From Myxococcota bacterium (GTDB taxonomy: Bacteria > Myxococcota_A > UBA9160 > UBA4427), in NCBI GenBank assembly GCA_036336835.1, contig JAYZFK010000062.1, positions 1 through 64,000 of the forward strand: DNA of 64,000 nt, read 5' to 3'. Under the pieces are notes generated by a model that made no database searches, was not told the origin of the DNA, and was given only the letters and a program-made list of their open reading frames with translations. The stretch's first letter is position 1; each line of letters begins with the position of its first letter. A program made the position numbers and the translations under genes. Of this stretch, positions 18,753 to 28,143 are shown one piece after another.

Positions 18753-19684
18753 GAGTCGACCGGAGCGATCAAGCGCAGCGCATCCGCAACGATCTCGAAG
18801 CGCGCAGGCAACGTCCCGAGCAGCTCGCCGTCCGCCTCCACCGCGGCAGGCTCGGCATCCCCGAGCGGCTCGATCTCCACGCGCTGCCCGCGGTGGACGT
18901 CGATGCGCGGGTCGGAGAGGTGCGCCCCCCGGTAGATCCGCGGAAACAGATCCGCGAGCAGCTTTCCGCGCGAGAACGCCGGGGCCATGACGACGTCGAG
19001 CAGACCGTCGTCGAGCTCCGCGTTGGGAGCGACCTGCATCCCGCCACCGAAACAAGGACCGTTCGAGATCGCAACGAGCGTCGTTCCACCATCGTGGACC
19101 CGCTTGTCGTCGACGCGCACACAGGTCTGCGCGGCGCAATGCTCCACGATGGTGCGCGCGGCGCCCAGCGCGAACGCCGCCGTACCGCCAAAACGCTGCG
19201 TCATTCGTTCCACCTGCCGTGCGACGTCCGCCGACAACCCGACGCTCGCCTCGTTGACGAACCAGCCCTGCCAATGCTGGCCGCTCAGGTCGACACAGCG
19301 AACCCGGCCGACGTCGATTCGCCGAATCCTGCGCGCCGCCAACACCTTCAACGCGAAGTCCAGCGAGCGACCAATGCCGAGCGCGCGAGCAAAATCGCCG
19401 CCGCTGCCGAGCGGCAGCAGCCCCAGGGCGACATCGTCCGCGCGCCCCGAGTCCAGCACCCCGGCAGCCACCTCGGAAACCGTCCCATCGCCGCCAGCCG
19501 CGATGATCGTCTCGACCCCGCGCTCCGCCGCCTCGCGAGCGAGCACGGTCGCCACCCGCCGACCGGTCGTCGCCACCACCTCGATCCTGCCCAGCACCGA
19601 ACGCACCCGAGCCTCGAGCGAGCGCCACGCAAGCCCCGTGCGCCCACGACGGCTCTGCGGATTGACGATGACGAGACAGGGCAC
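18749..19684 (-). CDS. Diacylglycerol kinase family lipid kinase (YegS/DgkB-like)
   Basis: VIVNP, AGGDGT, LPLGSGGDFAR, NGPCFGGG, DDGLLD, ADGE. Start GTG 19684 or 19702. Confidence 0.92.
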   Translation of the reverse strand: MPCLVIVNPQSRRGRTGLAWRSLEARVRSVLGRIEVVATTGRRVATVLAREAAERGVETIIAAGGDGTVSEVAAGVLDSGRADDVALGLLPLGSGGDFARALGIGRSLDFALKVLAARRIRRIDVGRVRCVDLSGQHWQGWFVNEASVGLSADVARQVERMTQRFGGTAAFALGAARTIVEHCAAQTCVRVDDKRVHDGGTTLVAISNGPCFGGGMQVAPNAELDDGLLDVVMAPAFSRGKLLADLFPRIYRGAHLSDPRIDVHRGQRVEIEPLGDAEPAAVEADGELLGTLPARFEIVADALRLIAPVDS

Positions 19685-19797
19685 CAGTGAGACGATAGCC
19701 ACCCCGCGGGCTTCGCCTCACCTCACGAAGCGACCCGCCCCATCAGAAGCCAGCTGTCCCTGGCCGCTTGCTCGCCCGGCCCGGCCGCAGCCTGGCC

Positions 19798-22068
19798 TCA
19801 GGTACGCGCCTGCCGCAGCAGGTTCAGCGCCGACCCGGCCTTGAACCACTCGATCTGCTCGTCATTGAGCGTCTGCGTCGCCTGCGCGAGATCTACACTG
19901 CCGTCCTCGTGGTGGAATGACACCTCCACCGGCTGGTCCTCCGCCAGGTTCGACAGACCGTGGATCGAGACGCGATCCCGCTCCTGCACCTTCTCGTAGT
20001 CGTCGGGATTCGCGAACACGAGCGCCAGCACGCCCTGCTTCTTCAGGTTGCTCTGGTGGATCCGCGCGAAGCTCCGCACGATCACCGCGCAGACGCCCAG
20101 GAAGCGCGGCGCCATCGCCGCGTGCTCACGCGAGCTTCCCTCGCCGTAGTTCTCGTCCCCGACCGCGACCCAGCGCAGACCCTCGCGCTTGTAGTGTCGC
20201 GCGATCGCCGGATACGGCTGGCCCGTCTCACCGGAGAGCAGGTCGATCCCGTGCCCGACCTCGCCGGTGAAGGCGTTCACCGCCCCGGTGAACGAGTTGT
20301 CGCTGATGTTGTCGAGGTGACCGCGGAAGCGTAGCCACGCGCCGGCCGGCGAGATGTGATCCGTCGTGCACTTGCCCTTTGCCTTCAGCAGCAGCGGCAC
20401 ACGTTCGTAGTCGCGTCCATCCCACGCGGCGAACGGCTCGAGCAACTGCAACCGCTGACTGTCGGTCGCGACGGTCACCTCGACGGCCGAGCCCACCGCA
20501 GGCGGCTCGATGTACCCCAGGCTCGAGAACTCGAAGCCATCGGCGGGAATGTCGGCCACTGGCTGCGGTGGGTCGAGGACGAACGGACCGTTCGGCCCCG
20601 CGATCTCGTCGGTTCGTGGATCGAAGGCGAGCGTGCCGGCCAGCGCGTAGGCCGTCACGACCTCGGGCGAGCCAATGAACGACAGCGTGTCGGGGCTGCC
20701 GTCGTTGCGCTTCTTGAAGTTGCGGTTGTACGAGCTGATGATCGAGTTCGCTTCGCCCTCGACCAAATCGTCTCGCCGCCACTGACCGATGCACGGCCCG
20801 CAGGCATTCGCGAGCACGACGCCGTCGATCGCCTGCAGGGCCTGCATCTGCCCGTCGCGCTGGATCGTCTGGTGGATCTGCTCCGAGCCCGGCGTGACCC
20901 AGAACGTGCTCCTTGCCTTCACCCCGTGCTCCGCAGCCTGGCGCGCGACGTCCGCCGCTCGCGACATGTCCTCGTACGACGAGTTGGTACAGCTGCCGAT
21001 CAGGGCGTGCGTCAGCTTCGTCGCGTAGCCATTGGCCTCGCAGTCGGCCTTCATCTGCGAGAGCGGCCGCGCCAGATCGGGCGTGTGCGGCCCGACGATG
21101 TAGGGCTCGAGCTTCGAGAGATCGATCTCGATCACCTCGTCGAAGAACCGGCCCGGGTCGGCCTCCACCTCGGGATCGGCGCGCAGCAGCTTCTCGCTCG
21201 CCCGCGCGAGATCGGCCAGCTCTTTGCGACGGGTCGCCTCCAGGTAGATCGCCATCGGCTCGTCGAACGGGAAGATCGAGGTCGTAGCGCCGAGCTCGGC
21301 GCCCATGTTCGTAATCGTCCCCTTGCCCGTGCAGCTGATCGACGCCGCGCCCGGGCCGAAGTACTCGACGACACGGTTCGTCCCACCCTTCACCGTGAGC
21401 GCCTTGCAAACGTAGAGGATGACGTCTTTCGGGGACGCCCAGCCCGACAGCTCACCCGTCAGATGGATGCCGACGAGCTTCGGGTAGAGCACCTCCCACG
21501 GGAAGTCGGCCATCACGTCGACCGCGTCGGCACCGCCCACGCCACAGGCGAACATGCCAAGACCGCCGGCATTCGGAGTATGGGAATCGGTCCCGATCAT
21601 CATGCCGCCCGGGAACGCGTAGTTCTCGAGCACCACCTGGTGGATGATGCCGGCGCCCGGCCCCCAGAACCCGATGCCGAAGCGCGCCGCGCAGCTGCGC
21701 AGGAAGTCGTAGACCTCGCCGTTGGTGGTCTTCGCGGCCTCCATGTCCTCGACTGCCCCCAGGTGGGCCTGGATCAGGTGGTCGCAGTGCACCGTCGTCG
21801 GCACCGCAGACTTGCTGCGACCGGCCTGCATGAACTGGAGCAGTGCCATCTGTGCGGTTGCGTCCTGCATGGCGATGCGATCGGGCCGCAGCAGCAAGTA
21901 GCTCTCCCCGGCAGCGAGCTCCTGCGCCTCGGCATCGGCGAGATGACCGAGCAGCACCTTCTCGGCATAGGTGAGCGGACGTGCGAGCCGCTCGCGTACG
22001 ATCTCGATGTTGGCGGCGGCCCGGTGGTAGGCGCGCTGGACGAGTGTGGGCGTCGTTTCGATCGCCAT
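19798..22068 (-). CDS. Aconitate hydratase (mitochondrial-type subfamily)
   Basis: RIAMQDATAQMA, VHCDH, GTDSHT, IGSCTNSSYED, ACGPCIGQW, KCTTDHIS, GEGSSREHAA. ATG 22068 with AGGAG SD. Confidence 0.95.
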   Translation of the reverse strand: MAIETTPTLVQRAYHRAAANIEIVRERLARPLTYAEKVLLGHLADAEAQELAAGESYLLLRPDRIAMQDATAQMALLQFMQAGRSKSAVPTTVHCDHLIQAHLGAVEDMEAAKTTNGEVYDFLRSCAARFGIGFWGPGAGIIHQVVLENYAFPGGMMIGTDSHTPNAGGLGMFACGVGGADAVDVMADFPWEVLYPKLVGIHLTGELSGWASPKDVILYVCKALTVKGGTNRVVEYFGPGAASISCTGKGTITNMGAELGATTSIFPFDEPMAIYLEATRRKELADLARASEKLLRADPEVEADPGRFFDEVIEIDLSKLEPYIVGPHTPDLARPLSQMKADCEANGYATKLTHALIGSCTNSSYEDMSRAADVARQAAEHGVKARSTFWVTPGSEQIHQTIQRDGQMQALQAIDGVVLANACGPCIGQWRRDDLVEGEANSIISSYNRNFKKRNDGSPDTLSFIGSPEVVTAYALAGTLAFDPRTDEIAGPNGPFVLDPPQPVADIPADGFEFSSLGYIEPPAVGSAVEVTVATDSQRLQLLEPFAAWDGRDYERVPLLLKAKGKCTTDHISPAGAWLRFRGHLDNISDNSFTGAVNAFTGEVGHGIDLLSGETGQPYPAIARHYKREGLRWVAVGDENYGEGSSREHAAMAPRFLGVCAVIVRSFARIHQSNLKKQGVLALVFANPDDYEKVQERDRVSIHGLSNLAEDQPVEVSFHHEDGSVDLAQATQTLNDEQIEWFKAGSALNLLRQART

Positions 22069-22166
22069 GCTGATCTCCTGGGCAAGCGCGCAAAGTAGCG
22101 CTTCGTCGAACGGACCTGAAAGTGGATACAGCATTCAACCTGCAACGCTCCCGTGTGTCGGGAATG

Positions 22167-23579
22167 TCAGCCGAGGGGAGCTACGCGCGGAATGCCGCGA
22201 AGCTCATCGAGCAGGTGCGCCGCCGAGCGCATCGCCCGGCGGAAGTCGCCGAGGTGGAGGCTCTCGTTCTCGCCGTGAGCATTGCAGACCGGATCCTCGA
22301 GTCCGAGCAGCAGCGCGGGCGCCCCGCCCAGCACCCGCGCAAACGGCTCCACGAAGGGAATGCTGCCACCACAGCCAATGAATACGGGATCGCGCTGGTA
22401 GCCGAGGGTCAGCGCGCGAACCGCGCCCTCGAAGGCGGGCCCCTCCGGCTCGGTCCGCCAGCCGCCCGCCAGCGATTCGATCTCTGTCTCGACCTCGCAA
22501 CCAAACGGCGGATCCGAACGCAGGAACGCGCATAGCGTCTCGGCGGCGCGCTGCGGATCCTGTCCCGGCGCGAGTCGCAGTCCGATCCTCGCCCTGGCCT
22601 CGGCGATCAGCTGATTCGCCGCTCCGGCGAGCGGCATCGCTTCGAGGGCGACGACGGCGAGCGCGGGGCGGAGCCACAGCTTCTCGTAGACGCTGCGCTC
22701 CGGGTCGCCGGCGAGGCGCGCGGCTGGCACCAGCCCGGCGTCCTCGCGAAAGCGCGCCTCGTCGAACGGCAGCGCGCCGAGCGCAGAGCGCTCGGCGCCA
22801 GTCAGGCGCGGCACGTCGGAATCCAGGCCAGGCACCGCGATCTCGCCGCGCTCGTCCGTGAGCCTCGCGAGCAGCTTCGCCAGTGCGGTCGCCGCGTCCT
22901 GGACCGGGCCGCCCCACATCCCGCTGTGCAGCGGATGGTCGAGCGTACGCAGCGAAACGTCGATGTTCACCAGCCCGCGCAGGCTGGTGGTGATGGATGG
23001 CAGACCCGCCGCCAGGTTCGCCGTATCCGATAGCACGATTGCATCGGCGGCCAGACGCTCGCAGTACTGGCTCAGGAAGTCGGCGAGGTTCGCGGAGCCA
23101 ATCTCTTCCTCGCCCTCGACGACGAGCTTCACGTTGACCGGCAGGCTGCCCGTTGCTTCGAGCCAGGCGCGAATCGCGGCCGCGAACACGATCACGCCTG
23201 CCTTGTCATCCACCACGCCGCGCCCATACAGCCGCCCGTCCTCGCGCAGCGTCGGCTCGAACGGCGGCGAGACCCAGCGATCCTCGCGACCGGGCGGCTG
23301 TACGTCGTGGTGCGCATACAGCAGAAGCGTTGGTGCGTCCGACGCGGCCAGCCACTCGGCGATGACGTACGGATGGCAGCCAACAGGGGCCACGACCTCG
23401 GCGTGCTCGAGCCCTGCCGCGAGCAGCAGTCGAGCCACGGCCTCTGCCGAGCGGCGCACCGCCTGCGGGTCGAAGTCCTCCGCAGATACGCTGGGGATGC
23501 GAGCCAGCCCCGTCAGCTCCTCGACCGCGAGGTCGAACCGGGCGTCGAGCGCGCGAATCACCGACTCGGGAGCGGGCAC
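22167..23579 (-). CDS. M20 family metallopeptidase (dipeptidase-like)
   Basis: YAHHDVQP, YGRGVVDDKA, EGEEEIGS, LHSG, GGSIP, AHGENE. Confidence 0.93.
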   Translation of the reverse strand: MPAPESVIRALDARFDLAVEELTGLARIPSVSAEDFDPQAVRRSAEAVARLLLAAGLEHAEVVAPVGCHPYVIAEWLAASDAPTLLLYAHHDVQPPGREDRWVSPPFEPTLREDGRLYGRGVVDDKAGVIVFAAAIRAWLEATGSLPVNVKLVVEGEEEIGSANLADFLSQYCERLAADAIVLSDTANLAAGLPSITTSLRGLVNIDVSLRTLDHPLHSGMWGGPVQDAATALAKLLARLTDERGEIAVPGLDSDVPRLTGAERSALGALPFDEARFREDAGLVPAARLAGDPERSVYEKLWLRPALAVVALEAMPLAGAANQLIAEARARIGLRLAPGQDPQRAAETLCAFLRSDPPFGCEVETEIESLAGGWRTEPEGPAFEGAVRALTLGYQRDPVFIGCGGSIPFVEPFARVLGGAPALLLGLEDPVCNAHGENESLHLGDFRRAMRSAAHLLDELRGIPRVAPLG

Positions 23580-23848
23580 GAAATCAAGCTACCGCTCATA
23601 TCCCTCGAGTGCAGCCCGACGGCGCGATCGGCTCCCCGGCGCAGTAGGCGACGCCGTCGCCATCCGTGTCGAGCGACGTCGCCGGACTCGCCACGAGCAA
23701 CGAGACGACGGCGAACGTACACGCGTGTATCAGCCTTACGATCGCTTGGCGGCACCCCGACCGACGCTGTGGCAGTCGTTCTCCCCAGTGTCGTAGTTGG
23801 GCTTCGCAACGCGCGATCTCAGATCGGCTGGAGTGGTAGGATCGAGGC

Positions 23849-24715
23849 ATGGAGCCCACATCGCGACGCATTACGGCTGCGGACGACCTCACGTTGCATC
23901 TGCTCGAGTGGAGCACCGCGGGCGTGCCGTTGCTGTTCGTCCACGGCTTCAGCAACGAAGCACACATCTGGGACGACTTCGTTCCAGCGCTGGCCCCCTA
24001 CTACGCGGTCCGCGCACTCGACTGGAGGGGCCACGGCGACTCCGACTGGCACCCCGATGCGGCCTACGACTGGGACGATCACCTGCGCGATCTCGAGGCC
24101 GTGGTCGACCAGCTCGGCTTCGAGCGCTTCGTGCTGTGCGGCCATTCGCTGGGTGGCCGCGTCTCGCTGCTCTACGCGGGAAAGATGCCAGAGCGGCTCG
24201 CTGGACTCGTGATCGTCGACACCGGACCCGAGCACGACCCGCGCGGTCAGATCCGGATCCGGATGGACACCGAAGCCCACCCGAATCCCACGTTTGCCAG
24301 CGTGGCCGAATACGAGGCCATGCTGGCCCATCAGTATGTCGCGGCCATTCCTTCCGCGATCGCGCGCATGGCCGAGCACGGTCTGAGGCAGCGCGACGAC
24401 GGACGCTACGAGCTCAAGATGGACCCGAAGCTGCGCGATTTCGGTCGGGCGAGCGCGCCCCCCGAGGAGCTCGAGCGCCGCGATCGCGAGCTGCGCGAGC
24501 GGCTGTGGAAGGCGTGCGAGACGGTTCCCTGCCCAACCCTCGTGGTGCGCGGTGCCGCCTCCGACATCCTGTCGGCCGATGTGGCCGACAAGATGGCCGA
24601 GGAAGTCCTGGCACAGGGCAGCCTCGCAGTGATCTCGCAAGCCGGCCACTCGGTAATGACCGACAACCCCGAGGCCTTCGGCAAGGCGCTGAAAGATTTC
24701 GCACTGGGGGAGTAA
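23849..24715 (+). CDS. Alpha/beta hydrolase
   Basis: VHGF, DWRGHGDS, GHSLGG nucleophile elbow, AGHSV. Confidence 0.92.
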   Translation: MEPTSRRITAADDLTLHLLEWSTAGVPLLFVHGFSNEAHIWDDFVPALAPYYAVRALDWRGHGDSDWHPDAAYDWDDHLRDLEAVVDQLGFERFVLCGHSLGGRVSLLYAGKMPERLAGLVIVDTGPEHDPRGQIRIRMDTEAHPNPTFASVAEYEAMLAHQYVAAIPSAIARMAEHGLRQRDDGRYELKMDPKLRDFGRASAPPEELERRDRELRERLWKACETVPCPTLVVRGAASDILSADVADKMAEEVLAQGSLAVISQAGHSVMTDNPEAFGKALKDFALGE

Positions 24716-24915
24716 GCCACCCGCGAAGCGATCCCGGAGCCGTCTGCGAACGCTGGGCTGCGGTCCGCCCGGCACTTGGTGGCTCACCGGCATCGCTTCG
24801 CTAGACTGTGGGGTCATCAAGCACCAGTTCCCCCTGGTGAGAACCTCCCCAAGGCTCGAATCGATCACGGCCGACCTTCGTCGAAGCTGGGCCCGGGGTC
24901 GTTTACGCGGCGGCC

Positions 24916-25593
24916 ATGAGAGGACCCATCGTGTACAGACGTCTGCTGACAGCCGCTTGGGCGCTTGCCCTGCTCGGCCTCGCCTCCCTCTCGCAGGCCG
25001 ACGCAGCGCCGTCGCAGGCCCCGGCAGCGCCGTCGCAGGCCCCGGCTGCGTCCGGAGCGGTACCGGCGATCGAGTCCCTGCAGGACCAGTTCATCGAGGT
25101 GATGCGCAGCGCCGACTCGATCGGCTACGACGGGCGCTACAGACGACTCCAGACCATCGTGACCGATTCGTTCGACCTGCCGTTCATGGCCGAGAAGGCG
25201 GTGGGGCGGCACTGGAAGAAGCTCAGCGCCGAAGAGCAGCAGCGCTGGCTCTCGTCGTTCCACGCCATGACGGCCGCCACCTACGCCAGTCGCTTCGAAG
25301 GGTTCTCGGGGCAACACTTCGAGGTGCTCGGCGAGGAGCTCGCGAAGCGCGATACCGTCGTCGTACGCGCTCGACTGGTCGATCCGGGCGGCGAAGACGT
25401 CCAGCTCAACTACCGAATGCGTCAGCGCGATGGCCGTTGGCTCGTGATCGACGTCTACCTGAATGGGACGGTGAGCGAACTCGCGATGCGGCGGTCGGAA
25501 TACTCCTCGGTTCTCAAGCGCGACGGCTTCGAGAAGCTGATCGAGACCATCGCCGGCAAGACCCAGGAGATCGCCGAGGCGTCGATCAACTAG
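24916..25593 (+). CDS. MlaC/Ttg2D family lipid-binding protein (HpnM-like)
   Basis: Signal peptide; GYDGRYRRL..SFDLPFMA..GRHW, WLVIDVYLNGTVSELAMRRSEY. Confidence 0.88.
   Translation: MRGPIVYRRLLTAAWALALLGLASLSQADAAPSQAPAAPSQAPAASGAVPAIESLQDQFIEVMRSADSIGYDGRYRRLQTIVTDSFDLPFMAEKAVGRHWKKLSAEEQQRWLSSFHAMTAATYASRFEGFSGQHFEVLGEELAKRDTVVVRARLVDPGGEDVQLNYRMRQRDGRWLVIDVYLNGTVSELAMRRSEYSSVLKRDGFEKLIETIAGKTQEIAEASIN
25003..25044 (+). repeat. In-frame 21-bp tandem repeat (AAPSQAP x2)
   Basis: gcagcgccgtcgcaggccccg occurs twice, perfectly; lies in the linker after the signal peptide. Confidence 0.85.
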
Positions 25594-26410
25594 CTGAGCG
25601 GTCGAGCTCGGCTGGCTCTCGTCGATGCTCGCGCCGCTGCCAGATATCGGCCAGCCGCTTCTGGTAGAAGGCGCTGCGCAAGGCCGCGTAGAAATCGATC
25701 GACTCCTTCTGGAGCACCTGGAGATCGTTCAGGTTGTCCGCCCGCACGGCCAAGCCCGCACCACCCTGTCGCCAGATCTCGAAGGTCAGCGGTCCCAGGA
25801 GGTAGAGCAGCGGGCTCATCGCCATGTCGGCAAGAATCCCGCTGCCATCGCGCACCGTGGTCGGCCCTAGCACCGGCAGCATCATGTACGGGCCGCTCGG
25901 AACGCCGGCCAGCGTCAGTGTCTGACCGAAGTCCGAGTGATGGGCTTCGAGGCCGATCGCCGCTGCCGGGTCGAACAGGCCGCCGAGCCCCACGGTCGTG
26001 TTGAGCACGAAGCGCTCGACCGTCACCACGGCATCCCGCCATTCGAGCTGCAGGCCGTCGTTGATCAGGATCGATGGTGCATCGAGGTTGTCCACCGCCC
26101 GCAGCAATGCCCGCTCCAGCGGATCGGGCAAGACCGCCTTGTAGACGAACGTGAGGGGATTCAGGACGAAGCGGTCGAAGCCACCGTTGAAGACGAAGAC
26201 GCCGCGGTTGTAGGACTCCCAGGGATCTGGGAAGTGCATCTGCCCACCCGATGGGTCTCCGCAGTCGTCGTCGAACAGCGGGTCGCACGCTCCCGATGGG
26301 GTGCTTCCAATACTGTCCGGCCCCTCGCTCGAGTTCGCCGCGCTCGAGAGCGCGAGCCCGCCGACCAACAGACCTGTCTGGAGCAGCACCACAGCCCCCG
26401 ATCCCGCCAT
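25586..26410 (-). CDS. mlaA: MlaA/VacJ family protein
   Basis: DPWESYNR..FN, RFVLNTTVGLGGLFDPA, DFGQTL, GPYMMLPVLGPTTVRD. Confidence 0.92.
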   Translation of the reverse strand: MAGSGAVVLLQTGLLVGGLALSSAANSSEGPDSIGSTPSGACDPLFDDDCGDPSGGQMHFPDPWESYNRGVFVFNGGFDRFVLNPLTFVYKAVLPDPLERALLRAVDNLDAPSILINDGLQLEWRDAVVTVERFVLNTTVGLGGLFDPAAAIGLEAHHSDFGQTLTLAGVPSGPYMMLPVLGPTTVRDGSGILADMAMSPLLYLLGPLTFEIWRQGGAGLAVRADNLNDLQVLQKESIDFYAALRSAFYQKRLADIWQRREHRREPAELDRSAS

Positions 26411-26759
26411 TGCGCTGATTCCTCCCTTGAACCCCCAGGGCCGGCAGTGTCCGTTGGGTGGCGAACGCTGTCGACCCGGATCGACGAGCCAACGGCGAGT
26501 GCCCCGCGGGGTAGTTCTTGGTGACAGCCAACTCGGCGGTCTGATACCCTCCGGCGCCTCTGAGAGGCGACCGGAAGCTACTTCCCCCCTCTACCCCCCA
26601 GCACACTCACTCGGGCTCATTCGATCGACCAGGTTGCGAAGGCGTATTCGGCGCGCGCCACCGGGAGCGGGACGAAAAGCAGCACAGCAAAGAGCCAAAT
26701 CGCCCGATGATACGAGGGCGACGATCCGAACCGTGCCCGAACGGCGTGGAGGAAGCTGA

Positions 26760-27941
26760 GTGGACATCTTCGGAAAATGTGAGCGCTACACGGTATCCCG
26801 CAATGTACAGGCTGCGGGCGTGTACGCGTACTACCGCAGTATCTCCTCGGCCCAGGACCCCGTCGTCCGCATGGACGGCGAAGACGTGATCATGCTGGGG
26901 TCGAACAACTACCTGGGCTTGACCAACCACCCGGAAGTCAAGGAGGTATCGTGCGAGGCCATTCGCAAGTACGGAACCGGCTGCGCCGGCTCGCGCTTGC
27001 TGAACGGGACGCTCGACATCCACATCGAGCTCGAGGAGCGGCTCGCCGCCTTCATGCGACGCGACGCCGTGCTCACCTTCGCGACCGGCTACCAGGTCAA
27101 TCTCGGCGTCCTGTCGTGCCTGCTGGAACGCCACGATGTCGCGTTCCTGGACGGGCTCGACCACGCCTCGATCATCGACGGCTCTCGCCTGTCGTTCGGC
27201 AAGGCGCTCAAGTTCAAGCACAACGACATGGACGATCTCGAGGCGCGGCTCACCAACGTGCCCAGGGAGCGAGGCAAGCTCATCGTCGTCGACGGCATCT
27301 TCTCGATGGAAGGCGACATCGCCGATCTGCCCGGCCTGGTTGCCCTCAAGAAGCGCTTCGGGACCCGGCTGATGGTGGACGACGCTCACGGCCTCGGCGT
27401 GCTCGGCGAGCACGGCCGCGGTACTGGCGAGCATTTCGGGCTCGAGCACGAGATCGATCTCGTGATGGGCACCTTCTCGAAGTCGCTGGCGGCGATCGGC
27501 GGCTTCGTGGCCGGCAGTGACACCGTGATCGAGTACATCAAGCACCACGCACGCTCGGGGATCTTCTCGGCGGCGCCGCCTCCCGGCTCTATCGCCGCGG
27601 TGATGAAGGCAGTCGAGATCATCGAGCGCGAGCCCGAACGGCGAAAGCAGCTGTGGGAGAACACCAAGTACATGAAGCGCGAGCTCGACGGCCTGGGGTT
27701 CGATACCGGCGCCTCGGCCTCGCCGGTGATCCCGATGGTGGTCGGCGACGACCTGATGGCCTTCACGATGGCGTCGCGCCTGCAGGACGAGGGCGTGTTC
27801 GCGAACCCGGTCATCACACCCGCTGTTCCGCCGGGACAGGCGATGATCCGCACCTCCTACATGGCGACCCACCGGCGCCACCACCTCGACAAGGCCCTCG
27901 AGGCCCTCGAGAAGGTGGGCAAGGAGCTCCGCATCATCTGA
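26760..27941 (+). CDS. spt: Alpha-oxoamine synthase, most likely serine palmitoyltransferase
   Basis: GSNNYLGL, YGTGCAGSRLLNGTLDIH, DHASIIDG, FSMEGD, MGTFSKSLA. Resembles Bacteroides-type SPT from memory. GTG start with GGAGG SD. Confidence 0.78.
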   Translation: MDIFGKCERYTVSRNVQAAGVYAYYRSISSAQDPVVRMDGEDVIMLGSNNYLGLTNHPEVKEVSCEAIRKYGTGCAGSRLLNGTLDIHIELEERLAAFMRRDAVLTFATGYQVNLGVLSCLLERHDVAFLDGLDHASIIDGSRLSFGKALKFKHNDMDDLEARLTNVPRERGKLIVVDGIFSMEGDIADLPGLVALKKRFGTRLMVDDAHGLGVLGEHGRGTGEHFGLEHEIDLVMGTFSKSLAAIGGFVAGSDTVIEYIKHHARSGIFSAAPPPGSIAAVMKAVEIIEREPERRKQLWENTKYMKRELDGLGFDTGASASPVIPMVVGDDLMAFTMASRLQDEGVFANPVITPAVPPGQAMIRTSYMATHRRHHLDKALEALEKVGKELRII

Positions 27942-28143
27942 TGCGCGCCGGCCCACTCGGCCGGCCGGCGCTTCCGGATCGAGAGCGCTCCCGCGATTCG
28001 CGCGACGATCGCGGATCTCGCCGAGGACGACGCCACTTCGTTCGCCAGCGAGCTGGCCCGCGTACTGACGCCTGTGCGACGCACCCGCCTCGCCTCGCTC
28101 TGAGCGATGTATGCTGGCGCGCCCATCCAGTGAGGTACGTGCG

